Positions 1 to 11,219 of a stretch of DNA of 64,000 bases are shown here, one piece after another (the stretch's first letter is position 1; every line of letters begins with the position of its first letter). The notes under the pieces were generated by a model. It was not told the DNA's origin. It was given only the letters and a program-made list of their open reading frames with translations, and did not search any database. The stretch is from contig OX597814.1 of the NCBI GenBank assembly GCA_951406725.2, positions 37,138,001 to 37,202,000 on the forward strand, given 5' to 3'. The stretch comes from Octopus vulgaris. Lineage: Eukaryota. A program made the translations under genes and the position numbers.

Positions 1-11
1 CTAAACTTCAG

Positions 12-78
12 TGAGCGCAGACAATTTTCCATTTGTCGAAACTCTAATTGTTCACGTGACATGGCATCATTTTGAAAG
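12..78 (+). CDS. Candidate internal exon of unidentified host gene (phase 1 to 2): xSADNFPFVETLIVHVTWHHFE(R)
   Basis: Acceptor cttcag at 6-11 and strong donor AG|gtaaga at 77-84. Only one frame is open, and its phase matches exon 8301-8347. Confidence 0.55.
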
Positions 79-949
79 GTAAGAAAGCATCTATGTATGC
101 GTAGCTGATACGGCAATTTGCTTGTTACTACTTTAACAAACCTCCTCAACATACATCAATTCCTCTTAACTGTGTATGAATATATCCTAAACAATCAGAA
201 GTTTTAATTTATTAAATAGCAAGTTACATTAGAAAGCGAAGAAAATAAAAACAAGCCGTATATGGGAGCTCGACTCCAGAAAATTTTACTACTAGAAATA
301 ACAGCCAAATACTTCTCAAAATACCCTCTTCTGTCATTTTATAATGTGACGCTGTTTAATATGTTTTTTTGTTTATAGCTTAATCAGGGTGGAAAAGGCT
401 GTTCTTATGTTTATTCTGAGAAACAGACAGTGGTGGGATGAAGTGAGAAAGTTATAATAAAACGGATATCGAACCTGAGTATTTTCAACAAACAGAACAC
501 CACTAAAATCGCATAAAACAGGAGAGGTTTGTTTAACCGGGTGACAATTGTAATTTAACACTAAATAACTCCGAATGAAAAGTCAGAACAAATATTACAA
601 GCGGTTATTAGACACAGAAACACCCGCACGCACGCCCACACTTTTAACACACTTTTACACTCAAATATTAAAAATATTAAAAACAAAACAAACTCTCAAC
701 AATCATATCTCTCGTTTATAGAGACTTACCTGCAGAAGCCATATGAAAATGACGCACCAGCTCAACAAGAATGCGATTGATTGATCTTTATCGGAACCCC
801 CAAACTCTAGTTTCAGGATTCTCGTGTTAGTATATTGCAGAGCGTTTACATAATTGTTGGACTAAGAAAATGTCTAGAGTCTAGAGGAGATAATATAACA
901 GTTCTCTTACTGTTTGTTGTATCTATCTATTTATCTATATCACTTTCTT

Positions 950-1031
<82 letters not shown>

Positions 1032-1063
1032 TGTGGGGGGTCGTGCGTGTGTGTGTGTGTGTA

Positions 1064-2476
1064 CAGTAGCAGCCTTAATTCAAGGGCCAGTAAGAAGAAG
1101 TGTATTGAAATATGTATTATATAAGAATAACAATAGTTTGGGACTAGGTATTTTACACATATATATATATCTACTATCTATCCTTCGTGAAAATTTCAAC
1201 CGAACGGAATAAATATATATCTTAAATTATGAGAAAATAAACAAATAATATTCCAAACCCCTACGGCCAGATGTTAAGCGTCAATGAAAAATGGAACAGA
1301 ACAAAAAAGAAACCCTTGCTATTAATATTTTGGGGACATTCTTTTGCTACAATGACATCCTTACATCTGTTACCATAGGACTAAATTAATTTCTTGCCAA
1401 ATGATAGAGTAATATTGTGCCATTCGTTTTTCAGTAATTCTCAGAGTTCATCTTGACTCCTTGGACTTTGTCTTCACGCATCATCTCTAATAATCTTCCA
1501 AATATTTTCTATAGAGTTGAGAACTGGACTTTGAGGTGGCCAGTCCATGGGATCAACCCCTTCATCACTCAAAAAGCTTTGACTCTCTTCGCAGTGTGAT
1601 AGGGAGAGTTGTCCTGCATGAAGATAGGAGGTTGAACGGACGACGATCGGTGGTGTGGATGGGCATTCTGTTTAAGAATCTGCTTGTAGGTTTCAGCGTT
1701 GACAGTTCCTTGTAGGCGAATGAGTAGACCTGGACAGCAGCTGAGATCAATCCCCATACTATTACATTTCCTCCTCCAAATTTCACTGTTTTCTTCACAC
1801 CTGCACGAGATAACCTCTCGCCACATCTTCGTCGGACGTACATCACGCCTCCGGAAACAATCACTTTAAACTTTGATTCATCACTAAAATGAATTTTCGA
1901 CCAATGTTCTTCTCTCCAAACGACATGTTAGTGAGCGAAACGAAGACAGGCACTTCGATTCTTCCTGAAGATCAGATGTTTCTTTGCCAGTGCCTGACCA
2001 AGCAACCCAGAACCTCGTAACCTCCGATAAACTGTTTTGTGCTATACGTTGACATCGGAAGTTGCGATAAAGTCGCGGAGCTATGGTCGCGGATTATATA
2101 GCAGCACTATTAAACAAATCCTTCAGTGACATTCTAACCATAATATGATCCTGTCTTGGTGAAGTTTTACGATGTCTACCGGTTTTAGGTTTAGAATCTG
2201 TCGTCCCGATAACATAGAACGAGCTATATAATTCAATGCACAACACTTCTAGAACTTTCTACAGTAGTTGCTATCACAGAATTTGACATGCCCTCTTGGT
2301 GATGGCTCACAAACCCTTGTTTTCATGACAGGACACCGGTCGTCTCTCACAAGCAACCATGTTGACAGTTGGTACGATCTTACGAAGTAACGGTTAGCTC
2401 ATTAACAGTTTTCTAAACAACAAATACCTCAGTTGGTAGTTCAGTTTTGTAAGTGACCCTTAACTTTTGGCCACTG
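1064..2476 (-). mobile_element. Decayed Tc1-family (DD34E) DNA transposon
   Basis: Minus-strand fragments HFSDES, VKKTVKFGGGNVIVWG, IFMQDNSPYHTAK and WPPQSPVLNSIENIW. Degenerate ends TA|CAGTAGC..AAGGGCCA (1064) and TGACCCTT..GCCACTG|TA (2476), flanked by TA. Confidence 0.9.
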
Positions 2477-2625
2477 TAATTTGGAAGTTTGTTTATTTCC
2501 TTATAACGTAGGAAACGTTTATTCCATCCACTTGAAATTTTTGCGCAAGATACATATCAAATATATCTATGTGGAAATTATCTACTCTCAACGTAATGTA
2601 AATCTTTTATATTAACTATTTCAAT

Positions 2626-2676
<51 letters not shown>

Positions 2677-2681
<5 letters not shown>

Positions 2682-2906
2682 GACAAGAACGCAAAACATT
2701 CAAATAGACGGTACAAAAAACACGGACGGGTCATTCGAAGCCTCTAATCTTCAGTCAAGAACCGGATCATCCTCGCAATTTGAGAATGCTCAAATATGGC
2801 CAGTCCCAAGGAAAAACGAAGCTACGTGCATTATGTTTCTTGGAAAAAAGATCGAATGTATACGAAATAAGGACAGAAAAACGGACGATGTTACACGAAT
2901 ATAAAT

Positions 2907-2910
<4 letters not shown>
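2677..2910 (-). repeat. Copy of an interspersed non-coding repeat found next to (TA)n tracts; other copies at 22745-22815, 24220-24460 and 35577-35742
   Basis: Reverse complement matches the other copies (e.g. cctgtccgtgttttttgtatcgtc, gcttagtttttccttggggctggccagattggagcaatctc). Flanked by (TA)n on both sides. Confidence 0.75.
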
Positions 2911-2962
<52 letters not shown>

Positions 2963-3220
2963 AGTTAGTTAGTTAGTTAATTTGGCTCAAAAGCAAATTT
3001 TGTATATATATATATATATATATATATATAAGATTAAAGGATCACGGTGTAGGAAGTTAGTGAGCTTCAAGCAGTCCGTAGTAGATATACAAGAAAAAAG
3101 CACCCTCCAGGGAAAATAGTGGTTTATTGGTGCAGACGGTTGTGAATTCTTTCGAAGTACGATAAACTGTAAAAAGGTTATTTTATAGCTCACGGTTAGC
3201 AACTGGGGTTGCTATATATC

Positions 3221-3677
3221 CGAATACACTTGTAAAATTAAGAAATGGAGTAGATAAAATCCATGCAACTTATGTTTTTAATAGCTAGTGGAACCTCGGA
3301 ATCAGTATTTACCCAAACGAGGAGAAGACCGCAAGATACCCTTCAGGGCAAAGATTCCTTGATTACATGAAGTTTCCACTGTCGTTAGGAGATCCCGTGT
3401 TAACTCGCTGGGGATTCGATCGAAATTTGTAGAAAGCACAGTTCGAAAGGAAACATGTATGTGTGAAGAACTGTGCTTTCTACGCATTTAAATCTTATCT
3501 CCTGGAAGTTAAAACAAGATATCCTTATTACAATGTAATCTTCCTGTAATCACAGTATCCTTGGCCTACCGCGTAGCTTGCGGTCTACCCCCCATTTGTA
3601 TAATTACTGCATCCGAGGTTCCAGTAGCTATGAAACATACGTAGCCTGGATTTTTATCTACTCCATTCCCTCATTTT

Positions 3678-3711
<34 letters not shown>

Positions 3712-3728
3712 ATTTACCAAGTGTTCAG
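3221..3728. mobile_element. Degenerate foldback/MITE-like element with long inverted arms
   Basis: atggagtagataaaatcc..atagctagtggaacctcgga (~3246-3300) is the reverse complement of tccgaggttccagtagctat..ggatttttatctactccat (~3612-3666). Further inner and outer arm matches; (TA)n interrupts the right arm. Confidence 0.65.
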
Positions 3729-3756
3729 TATGCAAAGGGACCATTTAATATATATA

Positions 3757-3938
3757 CTGTTGTGTCTGGGGAGAATCATTTACTTTTTATGCCATATAAT
3801 TTAACACATTCACCAGTAAAATTTTCACTTATTTCTTATTTTCTATTTTCATATCTATTTCCCTATAAGAGGAAATTTTACCGGTAAGTATTAAATTATA
3901 AGGCACAAAAAGAAAATTACTCTCCCCAGACACAACAG
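3757..3938. mobile_element. Short palindromic MITE-like element
   Basis: ctgttgtgtctggggaga..aaattttcacttat pairs with ataagaggaaatttt..tctccccagacacaacag; ~75-bp arms in a TA-rich context. Confidence 0.8.
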
Positions 3939-3995
3939 AATATGCTTCAACACACGAACTCATATCAAGAATCTTGCAAACCAAATCTAGAAACG

Positions 3996-4026
<31 letters not shown>

Positions 4027-4659
4027 TAGGACAAGCCTCTCTCTCTCTCTATATATATATAGGACCTTATTGAGCTTATTCATCTAGCATATTGAACTAG
4101 CTCCCGACTTCACCCGGGTTCGAACCAGTGGTTGCCATACTCTACATGGCTCCCATCTATTTAACTGGGCACACGAAAGCTGCCTAGTTGACTACTCACA
4201 ACTTGGAATTTTATGTCCGTCAAGTCTTCCACACCATCTCACCGATTCTTTCCCCACTACTTAATCTTACAGAGAGGAGGGAAGCCAGGGCAAATCTCTG
4301 GAAAATGGGAACATCATGATCTCAAACGCACGCAAATGATCCCTAAAATACATATCTGGTTGTACATCAGATAAAACAAAGCTAAGGGGTGCTTTACTCG
4401 CAATGGTCTTCCAGCACCATATGCACACACCCGGAATTTCTGAGGGCCCATACTACTGATAGATAGTAAGTGAACCTACACTAGTTTCATTTTTCCTTTT
4501 GATAGATCTTGTTTTAAACACCGCTGGATTTGAAGTAACTCTCCAGACAAGCCTAGTGGGGATGCCGGTTTAATCATAGAAGACACATGACCATGCAGAA
4601 GGTTATACTGGATTCCATGTTACTTGTAGCCTATATAGGAGTCCTCAGAGGTCACCTGA

Positions 4660-4703
<44 letters not shown>

Positions 4704-5049
4704 ATAAAAAAGTGAGAAAAAAAGACAACAACGCGAGGATGTGGTACATGCAATATATCAATAAGCCGCTTAGAGAAAGAAAGAAAGAGTGGTTTCGAGC
4801 ATAGCACTTCTTCGGAAACAGGAGACATAGGTAAGTCGAAATGAAAAGGAAGGTGGAAGAAAAAATCGCACACACCCAACGTGTCGTTTCATAAATACGA
4901 TAAGAAGTAAAAAAAAATGTCCGCACTTTCACCATAAGATATCACACTGCCTTCTGCGCATGCGTGCCTATAGTTGATGCTGTTGTTGTCACATGATCGA
5001 AGTTTGAGACAGATCGCGCCATTTTCCATGCTTGCTTTAGAATAGAAGC

Positions 5050-6030
5050 ATGGCCGCTCCGGGAGCAATATGCGCCAAAGATGAACAAAGAGCAGTGATC
5101 CGATTTCTGTGGTCAGAAACTGAAATTAATTGGAGGCTTTTAGTACTATACGGACAGTACACTACCGCGTAGAAGTGTGTATGAGTGGATCAAGAAGTTT
5201 AAAAGTGGCCGGACAGGCGTGACGTACGAAGATGGAGCAGGACGCCCGTCAAACTCCACCACTGACGAGATGTTAATGGTGAACCGGCGAGTTATTGTCG
5301 AGGAAGTAGCTCGTCCTCTTCAGATTAGTCATGGTTCTCCCAATGAAATTATCCAAGATGAGCTTTATTTCCATAAAGTGTGTGCAAAATGGGTGACAAG
5401 AGAGCTTACTGCAGAAGGCAAACGCAAACGTCTTGAGGTCGGCCGACTTTTACTCGATCGCTACGACAACGAGGGCAGAATAATCACAGGAGATGAAACA
5501 TGGGTCCATCGTTATGACGCAGAATCAAAAAAGACAGAACAGGTACTGGAAACATCCTGACTCGCCAGCAACGAAGAAATTCAAGACTCAGTCTTCCGCG
5601 AGGAAGGTAATGCTAACCCATTTTGGGGAATCAAAAGAGTATATACAAGAAGACTATCTGGAAAAGAGGTGTATGTTCAACAGTGCAAGATAGATTGTTT
5701 CGCTGGCCAGCAAACTCAAGCTAGCAATTCGCAACAAACGCCGACGTCTGTTGACGAAGAACGTTTTGTTGTTGCATGACAATGCTCGCACACACGCACG
5801 GCCGCATATGCCATAGACATTATTAACCGATTAGATTTTGAGGTGCTGGAAAAGCCTGCCTACAGACCTGATCTCTCCCCTTCTGATTATGATATCTTTT
5901 TATCGCTCAAATATGGTTTACGAGGTCGTCAATTACTTACGGATGAGGATGTCAAGGAATCAAAGCATAAATGGTTGCACGACCAACCGAAAACATTCTT
6001 CTTGGAGGAAATACGCAAGTATGTACATAT
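5050..6030 (+). mobile_element. Decayed mariner (DD34D) transposase
   Basis: MAAP..EQRAVIRFLWSE, VCAKWV.REL, IITGDETWVHRY, LLHDNAR.H and PAYRPDLSPSDYDIF, spread over frameshifted ORFs 5177-5560, 5493-5693 and 5843-6055. Confidence 0.9.
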
Positions 6031-6049
6031 ACGTATGATTATATGCATG

Positions 6050-6103
<54 letters not shown>

Positions 6104-6146
6104 TTATGTTACCATATGATTGAACGTCATGCATCCTCTTCCAAGT

Positions 6147-6181
<35 letters not shown>

Positions 6182-6409
6182 GGATGGATGATGATATATA
6201 ACGTATCTATGCACTTATCAACATCTGATTCTCTGATTCACATTTAGAATGTTAACTTGATCAAACATTAGAATTAGAATAAAATCGAAGTCTCAGCTTC
6301 CTCCTTAGTTACGTATACACAAATTCCCTCCTCATAGACGTCAGTTCTTATACATATATATATATATATGTATGTATGTATGTATTCATGCACACGCACG
6401 TACATACGT

Positions 6410-6447
<38 letters not shown>

Positions 6448-7529
6448 TTGTATGTGCGTGCGTGTGCATGAGTATGTATATATATATGGAAAAGACCCAT
6501 AAAGCAGTATTCATTTCGTTAGTTTTGCATGGAAACTGTGGAACATATTAAAATAATTTCTTATGAGAAGCATGAATTACTATAATAATTTTTAAAATAA
6601 GGAGCCAAAGATATAAATGTAATATACAGAGAACCATAACTGAACATATTTTAAAACAGACCTGAGAAAAATCGCGCTACACATACAAGCTTTAACTAGA
6701 CAATGATGGAAACTCACGTTCGCATACACTTATATAACTTTATACCCGAGAGCTGGGCACGTCTGCGTGTACATACAAATGCATATCTATTAGTTTGTAA
6801 GCATGTATATTGTGAAGAGTATAGGAAACAATTGACAATAATCGCATCGACAGGAAATAAGATTTGACGGGAGATAGAATGAAACGCTATGATACGGGCG
6901 TAGAGTGGCAGTGAAACAAAGAATGAGAAGGTAAAAGCAACAGGAATAATAATAACAGTGAATAAAGATTAAGAAGACTATGAAGTATAGTGCTTTATAG
7001 ATGGAAAAATACTGGAAATATAGCATAAGTGTGCAGAAATATTCATTAGAACGGGTTAAAAGGAAGAGAGAAAAGAATAGGATGCAGAGTCTAAGAGATC
7101 AGAACAAAGTCATGATTACATAGTCCAATACTTAAAATAAATAACAAAATAATGAAAATCCAAATAAATACACACCTTCGATATAACTTCTTAATTATCC
7201 AATTAATTAGGAAAGGAGTTTCTGAGTAATTTACTGTCACAAATGATATTGTAACACCTCTAGCGAAGAGGTAGGTTCTACATATTAAGTATATTTTTTT
7301 GCACACATTTCAATCTATAATTGCCATCACTAGATCTGTCTTGTAATGTATTCATTAACCTACGTATTTATATTTTCTTGTTTAACGATTTGATATGTCC
7401 AATTAACAATTAATTACTAAATATCTTTATCTATGACTTATGAAAGAGTTATATGGCAACAAGGATAGGAATACAGATGTATACACGCATGTACACAAAC
7501 GCACACTTATTGGAGTGTATGAATGTGAG

Positions 7530-7572
<43 letters not shown>

Positions 7573-8300
7573 GTGTGTATATATGTATGCATACATATAT
7601 ATATGTATATATATATATATATGTATATATAAAGGGATACCAAAATACACACAAATCTATGTGTGTATATATATTTGTGTCTTTGTGAGTGTGTGCGTGA
7701 GTCTCTGTGTTTGTGTGCCTGTATATAGCAGTCAGTCAGTTAGTTAAAGATTAGTACCTAATAAGTCCTTAGTTACACCACGCAATTGTGACGGTGGTGA
7801 AAGGCTTCAACAAGTTTTCCACATGCAGAAACACACTCACACTCACACACACACATACACATAAACTCACAATATATGCACTCGCACGCACACACACATG
7901 TAGACCCATAAAACCCCTGAATCTCAAAACCAATTCAAATTTTGTGACTGATTTAGTGATTTCATCAACTCTCAAATTAGGACATGTAAAAAGTTTCTTT
8001 TGATAACTTTTTGCTCCTACCTCTTCCCCTATCACATTGTCTATCAAAGATACTCTCGTAGTCCGTTAACCAGTTTTATTTGATGCGTTATTCCACTAAC
8101 ATAGTCCATACCCACATTCAAAAGCTATGTTTATGACAATGATTACCATATATAATTGTGTATGTAAATATCTAATTTATGTTTAAATATAAACCGTTAA
8201 GGTACACAAATTAATGATTCACATGTTGGTTTTAATATTACTTTATACTTATTATATTCATGCGGTTTTGATGTCTATATTATAAAGAAATATAGTACAG

Positions 8301-8347
8301 GTTGTGTTTCGATAATGGAGAAATGATATGTGTTATACAATACTCGC
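8301..8347 (+). CDS. Candidate internal exon (phase 2 to 1): LCFDNGEMICVIQYS
   Basis: tacag| acceptor (weak pyrimidine tract) and |gtaaga donor at 8348. Open in the phase required by both exon 12-78 and exon 51070-51163. Confidence 0.5.
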
Positions 8348-8571
8348 GTAAGATTGTTTGTTTCTGTTTAGAATAGGTGCAGAAAATTCTTGTATTTTAA
8401 TATCAAGTTTCTTAGAATGCTATTGCGCGAAAATATAGAGGTTTATATCAAATAGCTGAGAGGGCTATTTTGTTTTTATTTCCGATTTCCTATGATGGAA
8501 TATTTTTCGTGACGAAAGCCAATTTGTTTTGATAAGGAAGGACCATACGACACATTATCCAAGATACGTCT

Positions 8572-8574
<3 letters not shown>

Positions 8575-8626
<52 letters not shown>

Positions 8627-8672
8627 AGAGAGAGAGAGAGAGAGAGAGAGAAAGATAGCTATATATATACAT

Positions 8673-8727
<55 letters not shown>

Positions 8728-8754
8728 CAGATAGATATATAGCTACATATATAC

Positions 8755-8850
<96 letters not shown>
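8575..8850. repeat. Compound (TA)n/(GA)n microsatellite with a duplicated (TA)n-(GA)n-tagcta unit
   Basis: Directly visible; source of the spurious YIYI ORFs. Confidence 0.95.
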
Positions 8851-8852
<2 letters not shown>

Positions 8853-8864
8853 TGTTAGAAACAA

Positions 8865-9108
8865 GGAAAATTGTTTATTTGGTAATTTTTTGTAAGCGTA
8901 GGAAAGTCGTCTATCAAGTTAAAATTATTTTTTGAATGTAATGATTACTTTTGTATTAAGTAGTTCTTCTAATTATATTAAGAAAAGGGCTTCGAATCAT
9001 TACCATTCCTTTAGGAACAGAAATAGGGTTCTTCTACTAGTCATAGTAATCTAAAAGATAATAATAATAATAATAATATTGAATAATAATAATATTAATA
9101 ATAATAAT

Positions 9109-9142
<34 letters not shown>

Positions 9143-9730
9143 GCAATAACAATAATAATAATAAATGTCCTGATGCAGAACCGGGCAGTGGCTCTCATGG
9201 CTTCCGATCTTAACTGATTGGAAGTGTTATCATGTACATCGTTTTGTCTTGGTATAAAAGATGTGCTACAGCAAATATTCTGCTCAATACCACAGATTTA
9301 CTTGTCAGTTGTTTGACCATAACCAGTTGAGCATATCCCTTAGTGGCTGACGATATCTGTATCTCTGATCAGAAGAAGAAGTAGTTGGAGAGCATCATAG
9401 CCATGTGTTGAGAGGGATTCTTTGGGGTTTGAATAATTCACCTCTGGAAACACGGGTGTTTCGTTCAACATCCTTAAACAATCCTTATTCAGGCACCCTA
9501 TGAGCGAGATGGGCTACTCGTCCAGAAGAAAATTCTAACTCGGTCACACCAGCAAGGTCATGTGCTGTTTATCTTGATATAACATCACCATGTCGCACAC
9601 ATATGGTTGTGATGCATGTGCCTTGTGTAACGTTATCAGACGGGTAGTCATGATGGGTATAATGGGCTTTGTATATTTTACCCCAGTGTCACATTGATGG
9701 CATGCACTGCTCTCTCACTCAATAATAATG

Positions 9731-9762
<32 letters not shown>

Positions 9763-9964
9763 AATAATAAGATTGAATAATAATATTGAATGGAGCATTT
9801 TGAGGACTGCCCCCGCTTATAGGATTGGGGATAAGTTCTGTTCTCTTCGTTCCGAGGAGTTATTTATGATATCAGTTTCTAGAAGAAGGCTGATAAACTC
9901 TAAATCTGAAAGGGGTTTTACCTGTGTTCATAAAAATAAATGTGTGTTTAAAAATTTTAAATAA
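8865..9964 (+). mobile_element. Penelope-like element relic: GIY-YIG endonuclease C-terminal region, split by an insertion at ~9072-9791
   Basis: Upstream part reads roughly KVVYQVK..SSSNYIKKRASNHYHSFRN..LKDNN. Downstream part reads IEWSILRTAPAYRIGDKFCSLRSEE..LINSKSE..TCVHKNK*, matching the WxIL..CxLCxxE..LNxRSE..CxH pattern of PLE endonucleases. Confidence 0.7.
9164..9720 (+). mobile_element. ~557-bp non-coding element embedded in (AAT)n/(AAC)n, copy 1
   Basis: Full-length inverted copy at 20366-20920 with the same ends (aaatgYcctgatgcag ... tctctcactc). No long ORF and no terminal inverted repeat. The strand is inferred from the AAT tract. Confidence 0.85.
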
Positions 9965-11130
9965 GGATGTCTGTTATAAGTGTTTTAATCTATCTGGTTA
10001 TAGTTTGATTTAGTGGAATTTGAGAATTTGATTTCTCTTTCAGCCTTAGTATTTACTATTCATGTCGGTTCCTCTCGCATTGTTTTTTTTATTTTTAAGT
10101 TTTAAATTTAAAAAAAAAATTAATTTTCTAAACTTTTAACTTAATCTTTAAGATATTGTGGGTATTGTAATTTTGGATTATTTTTTATTGAGAGACGGTG
10201 GATTTTTGCATGTAATTCATTTAATTATATTACAACCGTTTGGTATTTCTATATAATTGTTTATTATTTGACACCGTGCCGTTTATAATTGATGGCTAAT
10301 TGTTATTTAAACAAGGTACAAAATAATTACAGATAGAAGTATTCACATATTTCCCAAGCACACACATACACACTTATACTCAAACAAAATTGGAACGAAG
10401 TCAGTTTCCATTACGCATGCACACGTGCACACATACTCAAACAAGCATTCACATAGCTCCCTTTTTCATACACACACATATACACATATACTCACACATA
10501 TTTGAATCGATGAATTTGTTTTCTTTATTCGACCCTTTCTTTCTCATTCATAGATACAGAAGATACATGAAAACAGAAGATACACACCGCATTCTTCTTT
10601 CTCAAACGGTTATTGCTTTCTCTCACTCTTTCACTCATGGCTATTACTCTCTCTACCTCTCCGTCACTGTATCATTATTTTCTCTCCTCTCTCTTCACTG
10701 ATACTACTCTTTCTCTTTCTTTGTGCTGCTGTTTTACAAGTAGATGGCTATTTTGTAAACAAAAGAATTGCTTTTTCTTTTTAATTTCGTATGATATTAC
10801 AATATTACTAACTTTGAATGAGGACATTTATTACTTTTTAGTGGATAATATAAAAGTTTGTAGTTATTAATTTTTAAGTTCTGATTAGATAACCCGATTA
10901 TTTTTGTAGTTAAATTTTGTTCCATTAAATTTCTCTGTCTTTACTACATATCATGAATTGTAATGATAATAAAATGCAGGAGTGTTTTTATTTTATATAT
11001 AAATTCTCCTGGTTTTGAATTAGCCTGCGTTCTAGTTATCTTTCCTTCTATTATTATTTGCTCGATCCCATCTGGCTATGAACATTTTTTGTATATTTTT
11101 GTTTGACGTAATTATTCATACCAGTGTGTG

Positions 11131-11219
11131 ATTCCTGACGAAGAATTTAATTTTTATTTCAAGAAGAGTTTCTCGCTTTGTCTGTGGAATTAATTAGACT
11201 CCGAAACAATTTGTAGAAT
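11131..11219 (+). ncRNA. Type I hammerhead ribozyme-like motif (Penelope-associated)
   Basis: attc-CUGACGA (11135-11141), then a long imperfect stem II (agaatttaatt/aattagactc), CGAAAC (11202-11207), aattt, GUA (11213-11215), gaat. Stem I is attc/gaat; stem III is near-palindromic. Confidence 0.6.

Noticed and set aside
835-1212. Long ORFs rich in YI, CV, poly-I, poly-N, poly-L or poly-K (also 7427-7747, 8490-8864, 20866-21409, 35635-36128, 41753-42007, 54812-55424)
   Set aside because: They are translations of microsatellites, with no coding signal.
4100-4200. tRNA-like GGTTCGAACCC box
   Set aside because: No cloverleaf; probably the head of a decayed repeat, not a tRNA gene.
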